Shown: positions 38,655-50,082, numbered from the stretch's first letter. The stretch is 64,000 nt of DNA from an uncultured Candidatus Saccharibacteria bacterium (GCA_964642155.1 CAZXNT010000001.1:65238-129237), one strand, 5' to 3'. A program made the numbers and translations. Notes: a model not told the origin generated them from the letters alone.

Positions 38655-39563
38655 ATGAATATAATAAAATTTCGCTACATATTTTTCTTCATTTCCACTG
38701 TTTTAACAATCGCAAGTGTTGCAGCGATTTTTATTTATGGCTTAAAACCCGGAATTGATTTTACCGGCGGCACTTTGTGGCAACTTCGCCTAACACAGAC
38801 CAATACAGACTCAACACGGACTTATACGGAAGAATTGAGAAATTTTTTTGAAAACGAATTAAATATAAAAAACACGACTATTTATCCGGAAGCTGAAAGC
38901 CAAAGTTATTTAATCAAACTTGGCCACATTTCTGAAGAAGAGCATCAAAATTATCTGACGGCGCTTAATTATAAATTCGGCCAAATTGAAGAAATGCGCT
39001 ACGAAGCCATCGGACCGGCAATCGGCAAAGAATTAAAAGGAAAGGCGGTTTGGGCGATTATTCTTGTGATTTTGGGCATTTCCCTATATGTTGCTTACGC
39101 TTTCCGCAAAGTTTCTTATCCTGTTAAATCATGGAAATACGGAATAATTACCCTAATTACTCTTTTTCATGATGTTATTGTTTCAGTCGGCGCGCTCACA
39201 CTTTTGAGATGGAAATTCGGCGTTGAACTGGACACAAAATTTATCGTCGCCTTATTGGTTATAATCGGCTTTTCAGTCCACGACACGATAGTTGTTTTTG
39301 ACAGAATCAGAGAAAATCTTTTACTTGATAGAGGCCGAAAAGATTTAAAAGAAATTATCAACGACAGCGTTCGTCAAACTTTCGCGCGCTCCGTCAACAC
39401 TTCTCTTACCTTAGTTTTAACGCTTTTAGCTCTTTTCTTTTATGGCCCGCTCACCTTAAAATATTTTGTCTTATTAATTATGACCGGCACAATTATCGGC
39501 ACTTATTCATCAATTTTTATCGCCTCTCCAATGTTGTTGTTTTTTAAGAATAAACCCCGTTAG
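38655..39563 (+). CDS. secF: Protein translocase subunit SecF
   Basis: GIDFTGG, HD, GFSV.DTIVVFDRIREN and GTYSSIFIA motifs. Confidence 0.97.
   Translation: MNIIKFRYIFFFISTVLTIASVAAIFIYGLKPGIDFTGGTLWQLRLTQTNTDSTRTYTEELRNFFENELNIKNTTIYPEAESQSYLIKLGHISEEEHQNYLTALNYKFGQIEEMRYEAIGPAIGKELKGKAVWAIILVILGISLYVAYAFRKVSYPVKSWKYGIITLITLFHDVIVSVGALTLLRWKFGVELDTKFIVALLVIIGFSVHDTIVVFDRIRENLLLDRGRKDLKEIINDSVRQTFARSVNTSLTLVLTLLALFFYGPLTLKYFVLLIMTGTIIGTYSSIFIASPMLLFFKNKPR
38794..38829 (+). repeat. 36-bp ACAGAC-periodic repeat, copy 2, in-frame in secF
   Basis: Encodes TQTNTDSTRTYT; 32/36 identical to 9-44 on the minus strand. Confidence 0.8.
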
Positions 39564-39583
39564 AAGTAAAACTTCTAACGGGG
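39555..39583. mobile_element. YCCCGTTAGAAG-type mini element with TAAA target duplication
   Basis: taaa|ccccgttagaagt aaa acttctaacgggg|taaa. Confidence 0.75.
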
Positions 39584-39593
39584 TAAATAAAAA

Positions 39594-39619
39594 ATCCTCG
39601 CCAATGTTCTGGCGAGGAT
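39594..39619 (-). terminator. Intrinsic terminator hairpin
   Basis: atcctcgcca atgttc tggcgaggat, with a T run on the minus strand. Confidence 0.65.
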
Positions 39620-39636
39620 AGACAGTTCACAAAAAA

Positions 39637-40398
39637 TTATCCTGTTATGATAAACGCAGCGTTGCGATATTTAATGCCGTTTTTATCATCGCGAGAATAA
39701 CACCAGTATTTCCCGCTACAACAGACACATTCGCCCGTATCATTAATTTTTTTATAGCCTTTTTCCGTAAATAATTCTCGGATAAGGCCGACTAAATTGA
39801 AATTAATGGAACGGTTTTCTATATGAATAAATTGATCGTTATCATTCGGCCTCATGACTTTGATAATAGGATAAACGGTCTTTAAAAAATAATTATAACC
39901 GTCTTTCTCATATTTGAGACAATCGCCGCACATTGAAGGAAGAAAAACTATCTGCGTAGTTTCTTTTCTCCCGCTGACATTTTCCCATAACGTTAAAAAT
40001 CTATCAACGATATTTTGCGTTATTGATTTCCAACCTCCGTGAAGAAGGCCTGAGATATTTGCCTTTTCATCACAAAGAATAATCGTCGGACACCCGCCGG
40101 GAAAGAATATGGCCGATCCTGGTCCATAGTAAATAACACCATCGCAAAATACCTGAGTAGATTTATTTTTTTTCAACTTTTCAAAAAACCAAACATCATC
40201 GCCGTGATTTTCCGCCCGCATAACAACATATCCAACCTGATTAAAGCCGGATATTGTTAAAGCCATATCAGCCATTTTAAACGCCTCAGCAAACGAACTA
40301 TTGGGGGAAAAATTACCCGCACCTTTAAGCGTCATACCTGCCAGTACTTTATTACTAACGTCAAATTGGCTGAATAAAAAATGAGTTTCTTTCTTCAT
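39637..40398 (-). CDS. Divergent YfiH/PgeF (laccase-domain) family protein
   Basis: HG..V, DG, C..I.L.D.....L.HGGW.S and C.CC...Y..Y.RD....RN motifs; AGGAGG SD. Confidence 0.65.
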   Translation of the reverse strand: MKKETHFLFSQFDVSNKVLAGMTLKGAGNFSPNSSFAEAFKMADMALTISGFNQVGYVVMRAENHGDDVWFFEKLKKNKSTQVFCDGVIYYGPGSAIFFPGGCPTIILCDEKANISGLLHGGWKSITQNIVDRFLTLWENVSGRKETTQIVFLPSMCGDCLKYEKDGYNYFLKTVYPIIKVMRPNDNDQFIHIENRSINFNLVGLIRELFTEKGYKKINDTGECVCCSGKYWCYSRDDKNGIKYRNAAFIITG

Positions 40399-40510
40399 CA
40401 CAACCTCCTATATTTAATTTTTTATTTTTTACTAATAATAGAATAAAACACGTTTTATAAAATGTCAACTTTTCTTTTTATTTTTAAACCAATATAATAA
40501 TAATGCGATT

Positions 40511-41080
40511 ATGGAAACATTGCTGTTCCAATACCTGCTTTTATGGAAGCCCTTGGGCTATTTTTTAATCTTTCTCGGTCTCGCGCTTGAAGGCGATACC
40601 GCGCTGTTCATAACTTCGTTTTTAACCTACCATGGATTTTTTGATATCTGGAAATTTCTTTTAGCCGCTTTCAGCGGAGCTATAATTGGAGATATCTTCT
40701 GGTATTGGCTTGGCCAGCGTATCAACAATTCCTCGTCTTTTATTAATAAAATAACTAATCGCATAAAATTCGCCGATAACCACCTTATTAACAGATTGCC
40801 GCATACAATTTTTGTTTCAAAATTCATTTACGGCACTCATCATCTCATCATGCTCCGCGCCGGCGCCTTAAACATTGATTTAAAAAAAATAATAAAATAT
40901 AATTTTTTGCCGACTCTTCTTTGGATTTTATTAATCGGCGGATTGGGATATTTGTCCGGCGCGTCTTTTATTATTATAAAAAAATACGTGCGATTTATTG
41001 AAATAGGCCTGCTTATCGCTTTGATAATTTTCTTTATTGTGGAACGCTTTATTAAAAAACGCTCCGAGAAAAAATTGTGA
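40511..41080 (+). CDS. DedA family membrane protein
   Basis: EGD, GA..GD...YWLG and KF.YG motifs. Confidence 0.85.
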   Translation: METLLFQYLLLWKPLGYFLIFLGLALEGDTALFITSFLTYHGFFDIWKFLLAAFSGAIIGDIFWYWLGQRINNSSSFINKITNRIKFADNHLINRLPHTIFVSKFIYGTHHLIMLRAGALNIDLKKIIKYNFLPTLLWILLIGGLGYLSGASFIIIKKYVRFIEIGLLIALIIFFIVERFIKKRSEKKL

Positions 41081-41128
41081 TATAATTTTTATCATTGACG
41101 AAAACAATTAAATAAAGATAATTAAATT

Positions 41129-41884
41129 ATGGAAAATACACCAAAGGAAAATAAAGATTATTTTTTGCCGGCAAGCATCGTTATCGCCGCCCTGCTTATC
41201 GCCGGCGCGTGGATTTATACTGCCGGATTAAAAAATATTGAATTGAAAAAATCCGACCAAGCGCCGCAAGCTGAAAAAACCGTTCCAAGCATAGAAAACG
41301 TAATTCCAATAAGCGATAGAGACCACCTCCGGGGAGACAAAAACGTTCCCGTTCAAATTATTGAATTCTCCGACATGGAATGCCCATATTGTAAAAATTT
41401 CCATCAAACAATGTTGAAAATAATGGAAGAATACGGCAAAAACGGCCAAGTGGCTTGGATTTACCGACATTTTCCGCTTGAGCAACTTCATCCCTTAGCG
41501 CAAAAAGCAGCTGAAGCATCGGAATGCGCGACAAAAATTGGCGGTAACGATATTTTTTGGAAATATCTTGACCAATATATGACGTTATCGTCTTCTGAAG
41601 AAAATTTAATATCAAATAAATTTACCGAAATAGCCGAAAATATCGGATTAAATAAAACACAATTTGAAAATTGTTTGAACAGCGGAGAATTCAAAGAGAA
41701 AATAGACGGCCATGCTCAAGATGCCATGAATTCTGGCGCCATGGGCACTCCTTATAGTATTATTATTGGAAAAAACAACAAAAAATACGAAATCAACGGC
41801 GCCTTGCCAATTGACGATTTTAAAGATCAATACGGCATAATGCAAAAAGGCATAAAAACACTTATTGAAGAAGCGCTAAAATGA
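41129..41884 (+). CDS. DsbA family thioredoxin-fold protein
   Basis: EFSD.ECPYC, RHFPL and GTP motifs. Confidence 0.92.
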   Translation: MENTPKENKDYFLPASIVIAALLIAGAWIYTAGLKNIELKKSDQAPQAEKTVPSIENVIPISDRDHLRGDKNVPVQIIEFSDMECPYCKNFHQTMLKIMEEYGKNGQVAWIYRHFPLEQLHPLAQKAAEASECATKIGGNDIFWKYLDQYMTLSSSEENLISNKFTEIAENIGLNKTQFENCLNSGEFKEKIDGHAQDAMNSGAMGTPYSIIIGKNNKKYEINGALPIDDFKDQYGIMQKGIKTLIEEALK

Positions 41885-43146
41885 TTTTTAAAAATCTTCA
41901 AAAAACCGACTCTGAAATTTACAAACTTATCGTTGCTGAAGATAAACGGCAGAAAGAAACAATAAACCTGATTGCTTCGGAAAATTTTGTTTCCGAAAGT
42001 GTTCTTGAAGCGTTGGGTTCGGTTTTCACTAATAAATACAGCGAAGGATATCCTCATGCCAGATATTACGGAGGCAATGAATTTTGCGACAAATTGGAAG
42101 AATTATGCCAAAAAAGAGCACTTAAACTTTTTAAACTTTCGGCGCGCGAATGGAGCGTTAATGTTCAACCGTATTCCGGTTCTCCGGCAAATCTAGCCGT
42201 CTATTTGGCGCTTGTGCCAATTGACGAATCCGCCTTCGCGCAAGGCTACGGCGGACGAGGAAAAATAATGGGAATGCAACTTGATATGGGCGGGCATCTG
42301 ACGCACGGACACAAAGCGAGCGCCACGGGGAAATTATGGCAACAAATTCCTTACGGCGTTGATGAAAAAACCGAGCAATTAAATTATGATGAAATTTTAC
42401 AAATTGCCAAAAAAGAAAAACCGAAATTGATTGTTTGCGGCTATACCGCTTATTCGCGAATTATTGATTTTAAAAAATTCCGAAAAATCGCCGATGCTGT
42501 TAATGCTATTTTAATGATTGATATGTCTCATTTTGCCGGATTGGTTGCCGGAGGCGTTTATCCTTCTCCTTTTAAATACGCTGACGTTATCACGACAACA
42601 ACGCACAAAACTTTGCGAGGACCCCGCGCCGCGCTCATATTTACGAATAAAAATAAAAAATTACATTACACCAGCGATAGCATGTCTAATGTAATAAATA
42701 AAGCTGTTTTCCCGGGATTGCAAGGCGGGCCACATATGAACGCCGTTGCCGCCGTTGCCGTAGCCTTACAAGAAGCCGCCAAACCGGCTTTTAAAAAATA
42801 TAGCCAACAAATAATAAAAAACGCTAAAACTTTTGCTTTGGAACTGCAAAAACTCGGCTGGCGAATTATTGCTAACGGCACGGATACGCATTTATTTTTA
42901 GTTGATACATGGTCGCGCGGAATTAGTGGAAAAACCGCCGAAACCGCGCTTGAAAAAGCCGGTATAATTGTTAATAAAAATACGATTCCGTTTGACAAAC
43001 GAAGCCCAATTGACCCATCCGGAATAAGAATCGGAACAGCGGCAATCACCAGTCAGGGACTAAAAGAAAAAGATATGAAAAAAATCGCGAAAAAAATAGA
43101 TAAAATTCTAACGGGGTTGACAAAAAAATATAGTAAGTTAAAATAA
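41881..43146 (+). CDS. glyA: Serine hydroxymethyltransferase
   Basis: LIASENF, NKYSEGYP..RYYGG, GGHLTHG, TTHKTLRGPR and FPGLQGGP motifs. Confidence 0.97.
   Translation: MIFKNLQKTDSEIYKLIVAEDKRQKETINLIASENFVSESVLEALGSVFTNKYSEGYPHARYYGGNEFCDKLEELCQKRALKLFKLSAREWSVNVQPYSGSPANLAVYLALVPIDESAFAQGYGGRGKIMGMQLDMGGHLTHGHKASATGKLWQQIPYGVDEKTEQLNYDEILQIAKKEKPKLIVCGYTAYSRIIDFKKFRKIADAVNAILMIDMSHFAGLVAGGVYPSPFKYADVITTTTHKTLRGPRAALIFTNKNKKLHYTSDSMSNVINKAVFPGLQGGPHMNAVAAVAVALQEAAKPAFKKYSQQIIKNAKTFALELQKLGWRIIANGTDTHLFLVDTWSRGISGKTAETALEKAGIIVNKNTIPFDKRSPIDPSGIRIGTAAITSQGLKEKDMKKIAKKIDKILTGLTKKYSKLK
42229..42255 (+). repeat. TCCGCC..GGCGGA hairpin insert, in-frame in glyA
   Basis: tccgccttcgcgcaaggctacggcgga, encoding SAFAQGYGG. 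Confidence 0.7.
42661..42694 (+). repeat. 34-bp palindrome, in-frame in glyA
   Basis: ttacattacacc agcgatagca tgtctaatgtaa. Confidence 0.85.
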
Positions 43147-43212
43147 AATTGTAGTACTTACAAAATTTTATAAAAAGGAGAGGGGTGGTTATGAAAAATA
43201 AGGAGGGGGTCA

Positions 43213-43395
43213 ATGAAAAGATGGATGCCTAGTGGACCTGTATGTCCACACTGTAAAGCGCCAAATGCCGACAATCATGACAAATGTGGCAGTTGCGACC
43301 AAAATACACAAACATCATCACCCTTATTACCACCAGACGCTCGACTTACGGCCGAAGAATTACTGTGGCATTCCGTAACCTTATTAAGCTCATAA
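43213..43395 (+). CDS. Small zinc-ribbon-like protein
   Basis: CPHC...CGSC; AGGAGG SD at 43201; TTGACA-16-TAAAAT at 43117-43144. Confidence 0.55.
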   Translation: MKRWMPSGPVCPHCKAPNADNHDKCGSCDQNTQTSSPLLPPDARLTAEELLWHSVTLLSS

Positions 43396-43404
43396 TGTAT
43401 AATT

Positions 43405-44826
43405 TTATATTATTACATTGTGGGCTTTTTTATTTTCCAAAATTTCCTCCACGATTTTTTTTTCGTCCCACGGAATTTTTTTATTGCCCGCAACGCACAT
43501 TGACGACTCCCCTCCCTTCCCCGTTAAAATAACAACATCTCCTTTTTGCGCCAAAAACAGCGCCTTTTTAATCGCTTCTCTCCTATCTATAATTTCATAA
43601 ATTTTGGAAATTGGAAATTGTCTGGCTTCGCCAGATCTCGCGAAGCGAGAGAAATTGGAAATTCCAGATTTTATTTCCGATAAAATCTGGCTGGGTTTTT
43701 CGTCATATGGGTCTTCATTCGTCAAAATAACTTCATCGCAATATCGCGTTGCTATTTCGCCCATTTTCGGCCTTTTCCATTTATCCCGTCCTCCGCCCTG
43801 CGCCCCCAATAAACATATCAACTTTGAATTCTGAATTCTGAATTCTGAATTCTGAATTGTTTGATATACTGCTTCCAAACTCACCGGTTCATGGGCGTAA
43901 TCAACAATCACGGTAAAATCACTTACCTTGATAATCTCCATTCTGCCTGCCGGCGATTTTGCCTGCGCCAACGCTTCTTTTATTTTTTCAATCGGGATAT
44001 TTAGCGACAAAGTAACCGCAATCGCCGCCACGGCATTATAAACATTAAATTCCCCAACTAATAGTATTCCAATAATTAATGGTATTTCAATTTTATTACA
44101 TTGCATCTGCGATAGCAGATGTAATGTAACTTCGAATTTTGTTTTATCTGAATATAATTTAATATTTTCTACTTCTAAAATTTTATTTACTTTTGACTTT
44201 TGATTTGAACTTTTGACTTTTATTCCGTATCCGTATTTATTTTTAATTTCCGGTTTTAAAAAATATTCAACGTTTTCATCGTCTAAGTTATAAATCCCAA
44301 CACCATTTTTCTTTCGTGCCACTCTTTCAAATAATTTTATTTTTGCGTTCCGATAATTTTCAAAACCGCCGTGCCGTTCAATATGTTCAGGCGATAAATT
44401 TGTAAAAACCGCGATATCATAATCAATAAAACGATGTCTGTATTGCAAAATCCCCTCTGAAGAAGTTTCTACCACCGCGTATTCGCATTTTTCCGCAACC
44501 ATTTGCCTCAGCAATTTTTGCAGCTGAAACCTGCCGAGCATTGTCTGCTTTGATTCGTTTTTCCATTCCCGCTCGCCTATCCGAAAATCCACCGTGGTTG
44601 CCATTCCGACTTTATGGCCGCTGAAATTCAAAATTTGAGCGATTAAATTGCAAGTGGTGGTTTTTCCTTTGGTTCCGGTAACACCGATGACTTTCATTTT
44701 GTGAGACGGAAAACCATAAATCAAGGCTGAAAAAAATGCCAGAGAAAAATGATAAATCGGCTGGCCGAGCCGATATAAAAATTTCGGAATAATATGTTTT
44801 TCAAAAAATCTTAAAATTTTCTCCAT
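43405..44826 (-). CDS. murE: UDP-MurNAc-tripeptide ligase MurE
   Basis: GVTGTKGKTT, ETSS.G, TNLS.EH, VDYAH.P, GGGRD..KR and EDP..E motifs. Confidence 0.9.
   Translation of the reverse strand: MEKILRFFEKHIIPKFLYRLGQPIYHFSLAFFSALIYGFPSHKMKVIGVTGTKGKTTTCNLIAQILNFSGHKVGMATTVDFRIGEREWKNESKQTMLGRFQLQKLLRQMVAEKCEYAVVETSSEGILQYRHRFIDYDIAVFTNLSPEHIERHGGFENYRNAKIKLFERVARKKNGVGIYNLDDENVEYFLKPEIKNKYGYGIKVKSSNQKSKVNKILEVENIKLYSDKTKFEVTLHLLSQMQCNKIEIPLIIGILLVGEFNVYNAVAAIAVTLSLNIPIEKIKEALAQAKSPAGRMEIIKVSDFTVIVDYAHEPVSLEAVYQTIQNSEFRIQNSKLICLLGAQGGGRDKWKRPKMGEIATRYCDEVILTNEDPYDEKPSQILSEIKSGISNFSRFARSGEARQFPISKIYEIIDRREAIKKALFLAQKGDVVILTGKGGESSMCVAGNKKIPWDEKKIVEEILENKKAHNVII
43607..43664 (+). repeat. 30-bp twin-hairpin insert within a GAAATTG array (murE)
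   Basis: tctggc-ttc-gccaga tctcgc-gaa-gcgaga at 43621-43650. Confidence 0.85.
44096..44129 (+). repeat. 34-bp palindrome, in-frame in murE
   Basis: ttacattgcatc tgcgatagca gatgtaatgtaa. Confidence 0.9.
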
Positions 44827-44827
44827 T

Positions 44828-46075
<1,248 letters not shown>

Positions 46076-46077
46076 TA

Positions 46078-46653
46078 TTATTTTGATAAAAATTTCAAAG
46101 CCACCCTTATTCTTTCTTCAATCTTTTTAATTTTCGGAGGCACTTTTTTTATAGCTTCTTTAATTTCGTTTTGTCTATAGCCCAAATTTTCCAAAGCCTT
46201 TTCAATATCAACGTCTATTTCCATTAATGCGATTTCTTCTTCGCTTTTATAATGCTTAATTTTATCTCTTAATTCCAAAATAAGGCGCTGGGCTTTTTTA
46301 TCGCCGATACCCGCAACCTTGGTAAGCAAATCGCTTCTGCCCTGCTTTATGGCGGCCAATAAATTATCAATTTTTATCGCTTCAAAAATTTTCAAACCGG
46401 CTTTCGGGCCAATGCCGTTGGCGGAAATTAAAAGCTCAAAAATTTCCAACTCTCTTTCGCTTGCAAATCCATAGAGCTGAGCGCCGTCTTGCTTAATATT
46501 CGTATAGCAAAATAACGCTGAGTGCGAACCGATTTTCGGCAATTGACGCGCTGTTTTTGATGAAACAAAAAGCTTAAAACCAATGCCGTTAGCTTCAATA
46601 ACAACAAAGCTCTGTTTTTTAACAATTAATTTCCCGGAGATGGAATAAAACAT
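46078..46653 (-). CDS. ruvA: Holliday junction branch migration protein RuvA
   Basis: GIGF, LYGF...E...F..L...GIGPK and GIG.K.A.R.I.EL motifs. Confidence 0.95.
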   Translation of the reverse strand: MFYSISGKLIVKKQSFVVIEANGIGFKLFVSSKTARQLPKIGSHSALFCYTNIKQDGAQLYGFASERELEIFELLISANGIGPKAGLKIFEAIKIDNLLAAIKQGRSDLLTKVAGIGDKKAQRLILELRDKIKHYKSEEEIALMEIDVDIEKALENLGYRQNEIKEAIKKVPPKIKKIEERIRVALKFLSK

Positions 46654-46682
46654 AGAATAACTGCATTATATCTTAAAAAGCG

Positions 46683-46711
46683 TTGACTTTCAAATTTTTA
46701 TCTGCTATATT
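46683..46711 (+). promoter_or_regulatory. sigma70 promoter of rpsT
   Basis: TTGACT-17 nt-TATATT. Confidence 0.65.
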
Positions 46712-46813
46712 CTAAATACTATAAATATAAATCATCCGCGCCTTTGGCGGGATGCTCGATTCTGTAGATAAATTTTCATCGTCTACAGACTTGAAAATTT
46801 ATACATAATCGGC

Positions 46814-47071
46814 ATGCCAATAATCAAATCCGCAAAAAAAGCTCTTCGACAAAATATCCGCCGGAGAAAAACAAACGTAAAAAGAAAAACTGAACTGAAA
46901 TCGGTTATTAAACAGTTTAAAAAATTGGTTGTTGAAGGAAAAAAGGAAGAAGCGCAAAAATACCTTTCCCAAGTTTATAAAAAACTTGATAAATCCGCGA
47001 AGGTTAATCTCATAAAAAAGAATAAAGCTTCAAGATTAAAGTCCCGATTAAGTAAAAAATTGGCAAAATAA
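46814..47071 (+). CDS. rpsT: 30S ribosomal protein S20
   Basis: MPIIKSAKKALRQ...DK.AK...I.KNKASR.KSRL. Confidence 0.96.
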   Translation: MPIIKSAKKALRQNIRRRKTNVKRKTELKSVIKQFKKLVVEGKKEEAQKYLSQVYKKLDKSAKVNLIKKNKASRLKSRLSKKLAK

Positions 47072-47099
47072 AAAATCCCCACAACGCGGGGGATTTTTT
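47070..47099. terminator. Bidirectional terminator between rpsT and pnp
   Basis: aaaaatcccc acaacgcg ggggattttt. Confidence 0.75.
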
Positions 47100-47119
47100 A
47101 TTACTTATCAGCTTTTAAG

Positions 47120-49192
47120 CTAAGCGGCTACTTGTTTTAATGACAATCCTATTCTTCCGTCTTCAACACGAATCACTTTTACGCGCACCTTATCGCCCAT
47201 TTTAACCACATCTTCAACTTTTTTCACAAAGCCGTCTCTGAGCTCAGAAACATGAGCCATGCCGTCCTTGCCGCCGCCCAAATCAATAATCGCGCCGAAA
47301 TCTAAAATTTTAATGACTTCTCCTTCAACAATTTCGCCGACTTCAAATTCTCGGGTTAAATCTTCTATCATTTTCTTGGCGGCATCCGTGTCTTTGTGAT
47401 TTTTACCGGTGATGAGCACCGTGCCGTCCTGTTCAATGTCAATTTCCGCGCCAGTTTTTTCCGTAATGCCCTTAATAACTTTTCCAGCCGGACCGATAAC
47501 CGCCCCGATTTTCTCCGGGTCAATCATTATTTTAATTATTCTCGGCGCGTAAGAGGAAAGCTCCTTTCTTGATTCGGGGATTTCTTTAAGCATCGTTTCC
47601 ATTATTTCTTCCCTTGCCTTCTTCGCTTGCTTTAAAGTTTTTTCCAAAATTTCCACAGTCACGCCGTCAACCTTAACATCCATCTGAATAGCCGTAACGC
47701 CGTCCTTCGTTCCCGCCACTTTAAAATCCATATCACCGTGATGGTCTTCCGGACCTTGAATGTCGGTCAAAACCTTATAATTCTTTTCGTTTTTCATCAT
47801 CAAGCCCATGGCAATGCCCGCCACCGGCGCCTTAATCGGCACACCAGCGTCCATCAACGCCAAAACAGAGGCGCAAATTGAACCCTGCGAAGTGGAACCG
47901 TTTGACGCCATTGATTCGGAAACAATTCTTATGGTGTAAGGAAATTCTTCGCGAGAAGGAATAACCGCTGATAACGCCCGTTCCGCCAGCGCGCCATGTC
48001 CGATTTCACGCCTGCCCGGATTACCCATCCTGCCTGTTTCGCCGGTGGAAAACGGCGGAAAATTATAATGATGCATAAAATGTTTTTTCATCTGCACTTC
48101 CATTCCTTCAATTAATTGGACATCCTTCGGTCCGCCAAGAGTAACCACTGAAAGCACATGCGTTCCGCCCCTAAAGAAAACACCGGAGCCGTGAAGAGTC
48201 GGCAAGAATCCCGTCTTGGCGAAAATATTCCTTAACTCGTCCATTTTTCTTCCGTCCGGCCTTTTGTCATTTTCCAAAATTTCTTTATGAATAATATTAT
48301 TCACTTCTTCCTCATAAAGGTCGTCGGCCTGATTTTTCTTTTCCGGCCCGAATTTTTCCGCGGCGACTTTCATCCATTGATATTTAAAGTCGCCGATGTC
48401 TCCTTTTACGCCACCGTAAATAACCTTATCTAAGTTTTGGGAAATTTCTTTTTTGAAAAATTCACGCATATCGGCCGGTATTTCGTCCAGTTCAACTTTT
48501 GCCTTTTCTTTCCCGATTTCCAAAATTATTTTTTCCTGAAATTTTTGAACAGTAGCGATTTCTTCAAGCGCCTTTTCCATTCCCTTAATGGCGATGTCTT
48601 CCGGAATTTCTTTCGCGCCAGCCTCTATCATATTTATTTTTCCTTTTGTTCCGCAGATGACGGCATCAAGAGTGGAGTTGCCGCGTTCTTCATAGGTGGG
48701 GTTGACGAGAAGATTTTGTCCGTCATAGCCGATACGGACGGCACCGACTGGCCCGCCCCAAGGGATATCCGATACGCCAAGCGCCAACGAAGCAGCAATA
48801 ATAGCCGGAATATCAGAATCATTTTTAGTATCAATAGAAAGAATGAGTATGGTCACCTGCACTTCGTTTCTTATTTTTTGGTCAAAAAGTGGCCTAATGG
48901 TGCGGTCAATAACGCGCCCCGAAAGTATCGCCTCTTCCGACGGTCTGCCCTCGCGTCTCATAAATCTGCTTCCCAAAATTTGGCCTGCAGCGTAAAATCT
49001 TTCTTCGTAATCAACGGAAAGCGGAAAATAATCAAGGCCTTCGCGCTTGTTCTTTCCCATCACCGCCGTGGCGAAAACCGCCGTATCTTCATAACGGACG
49101 AGAACGGAGCCATTGGCCTGGTCGGCCAAATCGGATATTTCAACAGACAATTTCTTGCCGCCGAAATTAGTTTCGTATTTTTTTATCTGCAT
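47120..49192 (-). CDS. pnp: Polyribonucleotide nucleotidyltransferase
   Basis: Two RNase PH domains (RREGRP, RREIGHG.LAERA, DHHGDMDFKVAGT), KH and S1 domains. Confidence 0.97.
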   Translation of the reverse strand: MQIKKYETNFGGKKLSVEISDLADQANGSVLVRYEDTAVFATAVMGKNKREGLDYFPLSVDYEERFYAAGQILGSRFMRREGRPSEEAILSGRVIDRTIRPLFDQKIRNEVQVTILILSIDTKNDSDIPAIIAASLALGVSDIPWGGPVGAVRIGYDGQNLLVNPTYEERGNSTLDAVICGTKGKINMIEAGAKEIPEDIAIKGMEKALEEIATVQKFQEKIILEIGKEKAKVELDEIPADMREFFKKEISQNLDKVIYGGVKGDIGDFKYQWMKVAAEKFGPEKKNQADDLYEEEVNNIIHKEILENDKRPDGRKMDELRNIFAKTGFLPTLHGSGVFFRGGTHVLSVVTLGGPKDVQLIEGMEVQMKKHFMHHYNFPPFSTGETGRMGNPGRREIGHGALAERALSAVIPSREEFPYTIRIVSESMASNGSTSQGSICASVLALMDAGVPIKAPVAGIAMGLMMKNEKNYKVLTDIQGPEDHHGDMDFKVAGTKDGVTAIQMDVKVDGVTVEILEKTLKQAKKAREEIMETMLKEIPESRKELSSYAPRIIKIMIDPEKIGAVIGPAGKVIKGITEKTGAEIDIEQDGTVLITGKNHKDTDAAKKMIEDLTREFEVGEIVEGEVIKILDFGAIIDLGGGKDGMAHVSELRDGFVKKVEDVVKMGDKVRVKVIRVEDGRIGLSLKQVAA

Positions 49193-49299
49193 AGTTTTTA
49201 CCATGCCGAGAAGCCCGAACTTTCAGATTTTAGAACACAAAAATGATTTTTCTGTTCTACTTATCCGCAAACCCGGAACCCTTACGACATAGAATTAAA

Positions 49300-49812
49300 T
49301 TATTTTTTTAATATTACTCTTGGCATTCGATCTAAGTCAATAAAATAATCGGCTACTTCTTTAAGTTTAGCGGACGCGCTTCTGCCGAACGCCGCCACCT
49401 CCACTTCTCTGCCCAATCCCCATTTTAGATATTCAACTAAAGGAATAAAATCTCCATCGCCGGTCACTAAAATAATAGCGTCCAAAGAATTTGCCATCCT
49501 GATGGCGTCAACCGCCATCCCCACGTCCCAGTCAGCTTTTTTCATTCCGCCCGCGAAAATCTGAAGGTCTTTCATTCTTAATTCAATACCGGATTTTTCC
49601 AAGGCTTCAAAAAAAGACGCTTCGCCGGAAATAGCCGATTGCTCGCTCTTTACCACATAGCCGATCGCCCTTATTAATTGGCGATTGCCAATAAGCGTTT
49701 TTATCAATTCTTTATAATTGACTCTGGCGTGATGGATATTCTTCGCCGAATGGTAAAGATTTTGAATATCAATAAAAATTCCGACTCGCTGATCTTTGTG
49801 TTTAACTAACAT
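49300..49812 (-). CDS. NYN domain (LabA/DUF88) protein
   Basis: FID.QNLY, KADWDVG.A.D and GDGDF.PLV motifs. Confidence 0.9.
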   Translation of the reverse strand: MLVKHKDQRVGIFIDIQNLYHSAKNIHHARVNYKELIKTLIGNRQLIRAIGYVVKSEQSAISGEASFFEALEKSGIELRMKDLQIFAGGMKKADWDVGMAVDAIRMANSLDAIILVTGDGDFIPLVEYLKWGLGREVEVAAFGRSASAKLKEVADYFIDLDRMPRVILKK

Positions 49813-50082
49813 TTATTTTTTCAAGCCGAGTTTTCGCACTAAGCTTGTATAACTTTTATTATCACTGCTTTCCAAATAAGAAAGGAATTTCTTTCTTTTG
49901 CCAACCATTTTTAAGAGCCCGCGGCGGGAATGATTGTCTTTAGCATTCTTCTTAAGATGGTCAGCTAATTCATTAATCTGCTTGGTTAAAAGCGCGATTT
50001 GAATTTCAACCGACCCGGTGTCGGTTTCATGAAGCCCGTACTCTTTCGCGATATTTTGTTTTTGCCTGACGGTTAAAGCCAT
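49813..50082 (-). CDS. rpsO: 30S ribosomal protein S15
   Basis: DTGS.E.QIALLT and [14 protein letters not shown] motifs. Confidence 0.97.
   Translation of the reverse strand: MALTVRQKQNIAKEYGLHETDTGSVEIQIALLTKQINELADHLKKNAKDNHSRRGLLKMVGKRKKFLSYLESSDNKSYTSLVRKLGLKK

Noticed and set aside
48437-49246. 269-aa plus-strand ORF
   Set aside because: Antisense shadow of pnp with no recognisable motifs
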